The notes under the pieces were generated by a model. The model saw only the letters and a program-made list of their open reading frames with translations. It did no database searches and was not told where the DNA came from. A program made the translations under genes and the position numbers. From Amphiscolops sp. MND2022 (lineage: Eukaryota), in the NCBI GenBank assembly GCA_964187785.1, contig OZ076420.1, positions 41,354,001 through 41,418,000 on the forward strand: a stretch of DNA of 64,000 nt, in the 5' to 3' direction. Shown here in pieces: positions 24,017 through 33,964 of this stretch; positions within the stretch are counted from its first letter, which is position 1, and each line of letters begins with the position of its first letter.

Positions 24017-24295
24017 AATAAACACTCGAATCTGAAATAAACTCAAACCTGATACCAAAAGTCGAAGACGTGGCGTAAAACCAACGCTAATACTAATATT
24101 ACAAACTAATAGTATGACGTAATGGAAGTCATTCAGTCTGCCAGCTGAAAACTTTCCCATTCATGCAAGCGGCGTGAACAGAAGAAAAGAACGGAATTAT
24201 CATTCAATTACTCGACCATTCCGCAGAACAGCCGCTCAGCATTACTTACAAGTATTACTATTTATTGCATACAATTTATTTACTCATCGGATCAA

Positions 24296-24946
24296 ATGAA
24301 TTCATCGACACTCAATTCCTCAACCGATTATTTCATTTTGGACCGCGACCAAGACGCTGCCCCAGTAAACCCCCGCGCACATTCAACACCTAAAGCGCTT
24401 GGTGATAATTGCGAAAATACTCAAACACCAATTATCGAGGATATTTACGAGATTATCAATACTGGGACAGAACATATTGTCCTTTACCATGAGTCGGCGC
24501 CGATATCTATCCTAGAAACAGCCCAATCAGACACATTACCATCCAGGAAATTTACAAACTTCAACCCAATTATCCCGGATGACGAATTCATGAGCCCCCC
24601 TAGAAACTACGAGAACATGGACAATTGGCTATACGGGCCGCACGATGGGACAATCAGCCCCATCTCCAGTAACTCTAGTTCGATAGGTTACTTCTCAGGA
24701 AGTGACTGGTCAACAGATTCGTCCTGGATGTCTTATGATTCAATGGTACAGTCTATATTTCAACCCCCCATCTCTTCCCCATTCCGGTCAATTTCACCAC
24801 TTCTTCCCACAATGGACGTCTCTCATCAAAGCCGGGGACTGTCACAGCCGCCACAGGGCCGTGAAATAATAAGATCAGAGAGAACGCCAGAGGAAAGAAA
24901 TGGGGAAATTAACCAAGAAGAAGCTAATAAAGCATCACAAACCTGA
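24296..24946 (+). CDS. ORF3: 216-aa Ser/Pro/acidic, probably disordered protein running through the PPT into the 3' LTR
   Basis: ATG start, 216 open codons in otherwise AT-rich sequence; the last 35 codons lie in the LTR. No recognisable domain. Confidence 0.5.
   Translation: MNSSTLNSSTDYFILDRDQDAAPVNPRAHSTPKALGDNCENTQTPIIEDIYEIINTGTEHIVLYHESAPISILETAQSDTLPSRKFTNFNPIIPDDEFMSPPRNYENMDNWLYGPHDGTISPISSNSSSIGYFSGSDWSTDSSWMSYDSMVQSIFQPPISSPFRSISPLLPTMDVSHQSRGLSQPPQGREIIRSERTPEERNGEINQEEANKASQT
24828..24839 (+). other. Imperfect polypurine tract AAAGCCGGGGAC
   Basis: Immediately 5' of the 3' LTR. Confidence 0.55.
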
Positions 24947-26961
24947 AAGAAAACAATCAACAAACAAACACTCATTGATATTGAACAACCCTGTAAGTGC
25001 ATAATATTAATATCATCAATCCTCTGCAGTACCTGAAATACATAAATATGTAAATAATTAAATAATAATAACTTGTTGTAAATGTGATTTGTTTGCAGTA
25101 GCTTGACCAATACGCTGATTGAAGTTATTCCAACCAGCGCACTGACCAGCCTACCGTCCCAATATCTGCGTAGCAAAACACACTAATTCTCACTGTCCTT
25201 TTAATTAACCAATCAGCGCCAAGCGCGAATGTGCAGTATTAACTCAGTTACTATACTCGTCAAGCCACCAGTCAGCAAAGACTGGGACGCACGCCTGGTA
25301 GCTCGATCGAATTAATCAAAGTGCTAATATATTAAGTGACGTCACGTGTGAAGTGAATACAAATCCAAAGCTTAGAAGAAGCTTAAATTGTGCAGTATTC
25401 AATAGTGAAGATCGAAAACGTAATATTTATAGCATGAAAAGGTGTGATTGAAGATTTGTCGATCCCGATAATTGGGACGACCGCCGGGACGACCGTTTTA
25501 AATTTATAATCTGGGACGACCGCTGGGACGCTCGATCAGTCACTCTATCTGATCAATCAAGTACAAATAATCGATGCTAACTCTAGATAAATGTTTTGTA
25601 GCTTAAAAGAAGCTAAATACCAAAAGAACTTCCAATGAGTAATAATCGATGATGCTTGTAGTATTTTTAACGTGTTCGGTCCACCTTGTAGTTGAGTCAA
25701 CTTCCCAGGCGGAGCGCTAAATTTCTTTAATATAACAAGAGCCTGGACAGCTGACCGAACGTATTTAATTAATACATGTCTTATAGTTACCCGAATAACA
25801 ATGTTGCCCCTGTTAAACGTGATATTTGACGATAATATAGTAAAACAACCCCCCAGTGCTACCTTTTTCAGTCCTCACATGCAATGTTTTGTTAATACAT
25901 AGTTGAGTCAATAGCCCAGTCAAACGGCCAGGCCACTCTAAATGAAATTCGTTACCTGGCGTTCACCCAGGACTTTTCGTTAGCCTCAATTTAAAGTGCT
26001 AATTAACGGCCATAATCATCTGATTTAGAAGAAATCAGTGCTGTTAGTTTATTTCTTTGATGTTTCCCTTAAATTACTAGTAGTAAAATTTGGGATTGTT
26101 CGGTGATAATTTCATTTCCTTTTCCCGCTTCAGTAGCTAGGTTCATGAATTTCAGTGCCAACTTCACCTTCGGCGTCTTGAAAAGGCGGGGAATGAAGAA
26201 GAAAGGGACGCGGAATTGGGAAGCGGCAGGAAGTGAATTCCCACTTTTCTTTAAAGTGGGTTGAAACCGAATGCCGAGTCCCGAGGAAGAGTACCTTATT
26301 TGGATTTCCCCGCTTCGGAAAAGACGCCGAGGTGAACAAGGTGTGAATTCACGCGCGGGGTTTTCTCCGCGTGTCTAGCGTAAAGTATAAATACCTGAAG
26401 CGGGATTAGGAAAAGTTAGTTGACAGTTTTATTTTTCAAGTGCGTTTGATTAATCATTCTCCGGAAATTTTACTTTTGTAATAATCGAGTTAATTACCTT
26501 TGCTTAATATAATTACTTTGTTTCGGAAAACTTTGGAAAATCACTAAACTGAAGCCTCCATTACGTTTGTAACGACTCAAGTTTAATTGGAATATTGTTT
26601 CTCCACTATTTTTACAAGATGCCTGAGAAATCTCAAAAACGAAAGTTGAGGAGTGACCAGTCGACTAGCCAGTTCGACGTAGAAACCGCAAGCTCTATTA
26701 ACGACGAAAACACCGTACTTTCAGAAAGGGATTTTGAAGACATATCCAATAAAATTGAGAATAGAATTTCCAAGCGTCTCAAAGACACTGAACTCAATCA
26801 ACGTGAGATATTAAAATTGATTGAGAACCTGTCGTCCAAAGTTGACAGCCTATCGAGCGTCAATTCTGAACAAGGTTACTTGACGACCAGGACTGAAAAT
26901 AGTGGAAATCCTACTGAAGAGCTAGAAGAAGTTAGTTTGTCTAGGAACGAGAGTTCCAACA
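24840..26961 (+). repeat. 3' LTR (2122 bp)
   Basis: Near-identical to the 5' LTR; followed by TSD GATTC. Confidence 0.97.
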
Positions 26962-28305
26962 GATTCTTATCACATAGGGAATCAATCTTGGAAGAACGAT
27001 TTTCTATCATCTTCAATATTTCCCTCTGATTGGTCTCAGTTTCCTTAAGCCTACTACAAACGGACTTTTCAACTCTTTCAGAGATTTCAGAGAAATCCCT
27101 ACCAGATATACTGGGCGCGTTTTCTGCCCTTTGACATGCTGCTTCCGGCTCTTCCACTGAAATTGCAGGAGAATCTCTCCTACCTTTCCTTTTTGAAGCT
27201 TTTTCTGGCATGTCGAGTTTTAAGCTTAGGACAGTCTGCGGTTCTTCTTCAGTATCTTTCGGTGAAAAAATGAGAAAATTTGGAATTTTCCAAGATTTTA
27301 TTGACAGAAATTGGAAGTGAAACAACAAAAGTTTTGCAAAATTACTATTAATTCAATAACAGAATAACTTAGCTCCTTCCTCATATTTAAACTTATTACC
27401 AGCAAAATTCAAGGAACAAGGCAAACAACCTTCACGCTTCATTCAGCCCGGCGTGTATACAAGGCGGAGAAACCGGAAGTTCAGTTCCGCTTTGTCGAAC
27501 TCAGACCTTCAGCTTGTTCATGCTTTCCGAAGAAAGCACGCGTCCACTTCCTGTCTGAGTTGCGACTCCGCTTCACTTCGCCTCCATTTCCCGCCTTTCA
27601 AGACGCCGAAGCTGAACTCAGCAATAAAGAGAGGAAATTATTCATCAATCACGCCCAAAGGACGAAACAAAAACGAAACAAAACAATGACACTCGCATTG
27701 TGGATGGAAAAATGTTTTCCAAATTAATACAATCAACTCAAAATACTGCGCAAAAGGAATGATTATGTGAAATACAACAGTAAATTGGCCTTTAAATTCG
27801 CTCACAGAACATTGGTAGCAAAATTTGATCAGAAGCTGAAATTCCCGGGCCCCAGGCTATAGTCCAGGATATTTAAAAGTTCAAACAAAGTTTACATGAA
27901 AATATAGTTAAACAACAGTAACTGGCCTTATGTGAAAGGATATCGCATTAAAAATACTGCTTAGCACATTGATTAGCCTGTTTGGCTTGTAGATCAATAG
28001 GGATAAATCTCACAATACGTTAAAAATGATTGAGCTACATTGAGGGCGGAAAGCTCGGTCCTTGGCCACTGTCTGGGACGTTCAATTAATTAAGCTTTAT
28101 ATGTGACAGCATTATACTGCAAATTACCTGTTATCAACTGTAGCCACTTCATAGACAGCAATATTGGGAAATGTTTCCATTAACTGTGTGATTTTCAAAC
28201 TTTATTAGCGCAATCCCTCTTTCTAACGGATTTTACTAGCCCTTTGGCCGGGGACACGTCCTGGGCCAAATTACATGTCAATCATAATTCTAAAGCAGTT
28301 ACAGG

Positions 28306-28862
28306 GGTAAATGGTCACTTGGCTTAATGCCATTTGGCTTAAAGTCATTTGGCCTAATACAATTGGTCACTTGGCTTAATTTTTTAAAGCTAAGTGTATC
28401 GGGTATTGGTCACTTGGCTTAAAGTCATTTCACTTAAAACCACTTACTTGAAAACACGTGGCAGATTTTGTCGAGTATATCTTCATAACGTAGTCAGCGT
28501 ATTATTATAACATGTCATATCAAGTCCCCCTCGGATATGTCCCCATTTCCTCTAGTGCCCTGTGGCCCCTTGGGGCCGCTTATATTCCCATCTTGCTAAG
28601 CGAGGTCGAACAGGAGTAAAGACCTAGCGGGAACGAAGATCGCGAAGCGATCGTAGTGGGAACTGGTCTTTGCGACGGTGAGGGCGAGCGTGCATACACC
28701 GCATATGCCCCACATTATGATATTTCCGGGAGTTGACATATTTATTCCTTGAGTTGGAATGGAGTTGGCTCAATTTTGTGGTCACTTGGCTTAAAATTTT
28801 TAAGCCAAATGACTCGACGAAAAAATTAAGCCAAATGGTATTAAGCCCAGTGACTGGTAACC
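28306..28862. mobile_element. MITE family A (TTGGCTTAA subterminal repeats, core beta) inside the solo LTR
   Basis: GGTAAATGGTCAC and GTGACTGGTAACC ends; 8-bp TSD GTTACAGG/TTTACAGG; homologous to 53686-54597. Confidence 0.85.
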
Positions 28863-30489
28863 TTTACAGGATATAATCAATAATTACATGTATTGCATCA
28901 TTCTAAATCATCATTTTAATCATTTCACAAGTGTATATGTACGTAGCACTAACGTGTTTAGCATTGAATTATAGTAAACAAATACTCTGAACTGAGGCCG
29001 CGCGTCAGGCTGGCGTCCCGCTTCATTCATTTGAGGACGGCCGCCATGCCGCGGTACTGTAATTCTTTTTCTGATGTTGTTCGCCAGGCCGTGTCTTACT
29101 ACTACTATATTACCGTATTAAATAAATACTATTTACTGCGCGGTGATTTCACGTTGGTTTTTGTACAGGTCATATGTATTTAATATGTATTTATATTAGT
29201 ATACACATATTATCATGAACCTCTATTTAATTATTATTCTATCCCCATTAATTTAGACTGTTAATGAGATTGTATGTCAGTTGTTTTTGGCGTGGTCTCT
29301 TTGATTGTTTTCTCTTTCTATTTCCCGCTTTCTTATCCATGGACTGGGTACTTACTGCTGCAGAACTCACTGCTCATCTGGGGCTGTGACAGTATCCCGT
29401 CTGGCCCAGCTACTTTTCTATATCGAAGGGTCCGAATTGTTTTTTGACATCGTTGACCTTAAGTGAGTGAGATCCGTTGATATATTTGGGTTCTGGCGAA
29501 GCCCGCTGTAGTGATCATATAGTTGTACTTTTGTTACGGTTTCTCATCACACGATTTTTTTATTTCGATTTTGTTATCCTTTTGATGACTTCGTGCAATA
29601 TCTTGTGGTATGAGAGGGCATTTGTTTCCGTGGTTTCTTCCATCCAATTGATCTTCAGTTTCTGCTTCGATTCGTTTGATTTTAGTCATCATACCGTTTC
29701 TTGTCCTAATTTCTTCCACACTAATATAATTGCCCTGATTGAGTTCTGTTTAACATTCGCGAACAAATTCTTTTGCTCTTTCAATTGATTTTGGAGTTGA
29801 TTGGCGTTCTGATAAATCTTCGGTCTTCCTTCCTTGCTTTTTGACGCCCGTGATCGCTCAGACGTCCAGCAGTAGGTTTGACCGAGGCGCGCGATCCGAA
29901 AGTGGTTTTTTCTGTATTTCGCGATAACCAATCTATGAACAGTTGGTATTTCCACAGCTCCTGTTGCTTCGTGCATCTTCGAGAGATTTCATGTGTTTGA
30001 AAGGATTCAAGATTTAGTCGACTCGGAAATAGAAGGAAATAGCCTGTTGTTTCCGTTCTTCTCGATTCCTATGTCGTTTGATGAGCAGCTTTGTTGTGTT
30101 TGAAGAAAGGCATTGCCATTTTTTCCGTTGAACGGGAGTAGCTCCTATAAGGTTTCTGTCGTCGTCGTCGTCGTCTAAATTGCTCTTTCCTTCTACGGCA
30201 TTGACGTCCTAGAATCATATCGTTCGATTTGAGAGCTTTCACGAAATGTTTGAGTTCTGAATAGAATTTCGCAGGTTGTTCCTACTTGTACCCGGTATTA
30301 GGCGCATGGAAGTTTATGATCTTTTTGTTACTGTTTTTGAATACCTTGAGCTTGAGGTCTCCAGTCTTCGGGCGAGCATATATTTAGTTTTTGCTCGATC
30401 TCTATGTCACAGAATTTATTAGTAGCCACGTCCATCACTTTTTTATACGTGATGCCTTTCTAGAAAGCAGATCGCGATCTTTATAAAGC

Positions 30490-30880
30490 AACTTAGTCAA
30501 GACCAAAACCGTTTGAATTTTTAACAATGTTTAGTAGACAAATGATGTTCCGAAATGTTTAGCATACTGGATGTAAGGCTGGTTGTAAGGTTGTAAAGGC
30601 TTCGCTCCCATCGTCAAGTAGTAAAATTGAGGCATGGGCATATGGCACGTGGCTCCGCTCCGCTTCGCTCGTGCATTTAGGACATTAGGGATATATGAAG
30701 ACAACTGACTGCGTTATAAAAACAGTTTAGACAAAATCAGCCGCGCGTTTTCAAATTGAAGATTTTTAGTCAAATGGTATGAACCATGTAACCACTACCC
30801 AAGTCTTTTGGCCTGAAAAAATGAGGCCAAGTGACCAAATGTATTAAGCCAAAGGACTTTAAACCAAGTGACAATTTACA
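30490..30880. mobile_element. Diverged family-A-armed MITE carrying core alpha in reverse orientation
   Basis: CCAAGTGAC and TTAAGCCAAA repeats at 30795-30880; reverse core alpha at 30630-30700. TSD not found. Confidence 0.55.
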
Positions 30881-31018
30881 CAGGAAAGGCAAGGAAGGTC
30901 GGAATAAAATCTAATGGAATAAAATTTAATGTTTGCGATTGGTGGAGGACCGTCAATGTCAATTTGAGACATTCGATTGGTTTAGGCTTTTTTCGTAAGA
31001 TCGCAATCTGCTTTTCGT

Positions 31019-31146
31019 GAAGTTTTTAAGCCAAAGGACCACAAAGTTTAGCCAAGTCCTTCCCAGCTCAAACAATGGCTTATAAGCCATTGTTTGAGCT
31101 GGGAAAGACTTGGCTAAACTTTGTGGTCCTTTGGCTTAAAAACTTC
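31019..31146. repeat. 128-bp spacer-less palindrome (64-bp arms, 1 mismatch) derived from a family-A right end
   Basis: Centre GGCTTA|TAAGCC; arms compared base by base. Confidence 0.9.
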
Positions 31147-31874
31147 AAGCCAAATGTTTCTAGGAACAAATAGGCTAAATGACTTTAAGCCAAGTGAGTT
31201 GCAATCCTTTCCTGACTGCGAAACCCATGCCAAAAATTTTCTCATCGCTGCTCAGATTTGCAGAATCGAACTTCTCGGTTGTCACTGTCCCTTCGGTCTT
31301 CGGTTTTAGCTCTCGAAAACAACATGTATCTATCCTCTTCCCATGAAGGTATGAGGATACTTAAATTTTTGTTTTCGAGAGCTAAATCAAAAATGTTCCA
31401 TGTTCCAATAACTAGGTGACAACTAACAGTTTCAATTACGGCTGGCGACAAACACGTTCGCCATCCTGTCTAGCTGGTCTCTGGCTTTTAGATTTTTCCA
31501 GATTGAATTACGATCTATGTTGAAGATATCTATGTTTGTTCCGTCAGCAAACGTTTCCTATGGGATGGCAGTTCATAATAATAAAATAATAATGACTTTT
31601 TGGAACGGCAACAAAGCCCAATAGTTAATGAAACAAGTTCATCCAAAATTATTCAGTATTCTCTAGGAGTTTTCGAGTTCGTACTGGTAACAATGTGTAA
31701 TATAGGCCATGTAATAAGCTTTGACTTGATGTTTGACATCGGTTAAGTGATATTCACATCTTTTGTCATTCATTGGTGAAGATGAAGAAAATTAAATAAC
31801 GTAAAGTTCGTTTGCTAATCGATTATCTATCTTTTGGTGTTACAAAGTATTCATAATCTGCAACTCTGGTGATT

Positions 31875-33964
31875 CTTTCAGGTCGGGATGATTCTTTCAG
31901 TTCGGGATGTTCTTGTTACACGTTTCTCCATTCCACGTCAAACTGATCTCGCGCAATTTTACTCACTATTAGGACTAACTAAAGGAATGAATTGATTTTA
32001 GTCAACATAAAAAATTCATATGAGTGGATACACGAAGCTCAAACTTTTTGAGAGAGAGCAAAACTCATTTCTCTGAGCAGACTTGATCCAAAACTGCATT
32101 GGTGTCCAAAAATATATTTTTAGACGTTTCAGCGACATTAACCTTCTCTAAAACTTTAGACGCAAAATGAAAACTCATGATTGTTTTGTACTTAGTGATA
32201 ATTTTGCAAAAAAACAGTGTATCTATTTAATTTGAAGACATCAAAAAAAGGCCAACTGTCCTTCTTTCAAATGCTCGGCTCGGACTACAGCACAAAAAGT
32301 GCTGGAGAAAAACGACATTGTTTTCTAAAACTTTCGACGGAATTGACTGAACAATGCGATTTGGACGCGACTTGGTTGTTTGCTGATGCAATTTTTTCAT
32401 CAAAACTTTTCAAATTTTCTTGACTGGTTCCCATAAAAGGAAACTGATACCAAAGACTACTACTACTAAAAGTCTGAATTAATTCTTGTCAACACCAAAA
32501 TACCTCGTGATTTTTACATGTTTAAACAATTTTTTTCTAACAACAGCTACTTTTCACGAAGATTTTACAGCCACTATCTTCGTTTTTAGTTTGACAGTGG
32601 TTCCAGTAAATTCTATTCAGATCGAATTTAAAAGCAGCAAGGTTTTTTGGCAGTTTGATGTTGCATTCATTTTGTACAAAGTTGATTAGTTTAATGATTC
32701 AATTGAAGAAAAGTTCCCGTGCACACTTCAAACGTGTGCTGTCAGACATGATTGTATATCTAGAGTTACTGTTGGTGCGATCTCATTTTCTTCGACCATT
32801 TTTTCGATCTCAGTGACAGGTTGTATATTCGCGCAAAATTCAATCGAAACATTCACCGCCGTTTTTGGAATATCTCGAGAGCAGACGAGGTACTCAAAAT
32901 TGCTTACATAACTAGCATTTTCTATGTTACAATTGGTACAAGTATACCACAGTGAAGATTAAGCAATGTCGTGGCTTTTGTTCCTGGTGAAATGTTTCTT
33001 CTAATCAATGGAACATGTTATATGTCTTGGCGCATCTCAACTTGACATTTTCGGATCAACTCAAATGGTCACTCATGGTCGTGTTGAATTTTATTTTAAC
33101 GAAACGCTCACCCGTGGCAGAAGATGAGAAATAAGGGCTAAAGGTGAACAATGTCACAATTTTGACAAAAACAAGTGAAAATTTGCCTCTGAAAAATAGA
33201 AGGCAATACGCTTCACTTCGCCCAAAAACAAATGCTTGTAAAAATGGAACCAACGAGACTTCAAACGTAAAAAAAGACATGTTCGATTTTTCATGGAAGT
33301 CTTTGGCGTGCAGCAGGACTATCAGTGCTCATCAAGAGGATCATTTGAGTAATCCTGCAAACAGATTCAATAACTAATTCCCATGGAAAATTGAAAGTAT
33401 CCTGAAAGTATCACCGTGATCCCCGGTATCAGATTTCTTCGATCGAAATCAGTCTAGAAATGTGAAAAAATTTTGATGAAAAATATTGGCATCAGGAAGG
33501 AACCAAGTCGCGTCCAAATTCCGTCGATAAGTATAGAAATTGATAACGTTTTTCTACAGCACATTTTGTCCGAGCATTTGAAAGTAAGAAAGTATGCTTT
33601 TTACTGATGTCCTCAATTTATATGGTCATACTGTTTTACAAAATAGAAAATGAGACTATCAGTTATTACAAAACAATCGAAAGTCTTTTTGCGTCTAAAA
33701 TTTTAGAAAAGGTTAATATCGCTGAACTATCAAAAAATGTTTTTAGAGACAGCAACGCTGTTTTGTATCAAGTCTGCTCAGAGAAATGAGTTTTGCTCTC
33801 TCGCAAAAAATTTGAGCTTCGTGTAACTACTCATAAGTTTTTAACTACTCATATGTTGACTAGAATCATATCATTTTTCAGTTAGTATGAATAGTGAGAA
33901 ACATTGCGAGAGATCAGTTTGACGCGAAATGGAAAAATCGTGTAGCTTCATCCCGACCTGAAAG
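31875..33964. mobile_element. Degenerate DNA transposon with about 250-bp terminal inverted repeats
   Basis: 31875-32145 is the reverse complement of 33725-33964. A possible SSA..ER.. transposase remnant lies in ORF 33056-33280. TSD not found. Confidence 0.6.

Larger units (their letters stand above)
11125..26961 (+). mobile_element. Full-length young Ty3/Gypsy LTR retrotransposon, 15837 bp, with extra ORFs
   Basis: TG...CA LTRs at 11125-13245 and 24840-26961; TSD GATTC (11120-11124, 26962-26966); PBS; intact gag and PR-RT-RH-IN pol. Confidence 0.97.
11015..29391 (-). mobile_element. Solo LTR (about 1.97 kb once inserts are removed) of a sister Gypsy family; pieces 29391-26967 and 11124-11015
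   Basis: TGTCACAGCC start at 29391 (same first 10 nt as the main LTR) and ...CTTCACA end at 11015; 5-bp TSD GTATC (11010-11014, 29392-29396); shared motif CTTCGGCGTCTTGAAA(A)GGCGGG; homologous gag leader MPEKASKRK. Confidence 0.85.
29392..31460 (-). mobile_element. RTE-like LINE, 5' (APE endonuclease) part, broken by MITE remnants
   Basis: IGTWNI motif in ORF 31242-31451; GPDG junction motif at about 29397-29408 continues at 11014. The outer boundary is approximate. Confidence 0.6.

Noticed and set aside
22632-24160. Small minus-strand ORFs (88, 74, 117, 101, 75, 204 aa) as separate genes
   Set aside because: Their ends run into intron-like sequence; better explained as exons of one spliced gene or as off-frame shadows.
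19700-24300. Antisense gene as an independently inserted active hAT transposon
   Set aside because: No TIRs or 8-bp TSD found and the catalytic motifs are altered. Not fully excluded without comparing other copies.
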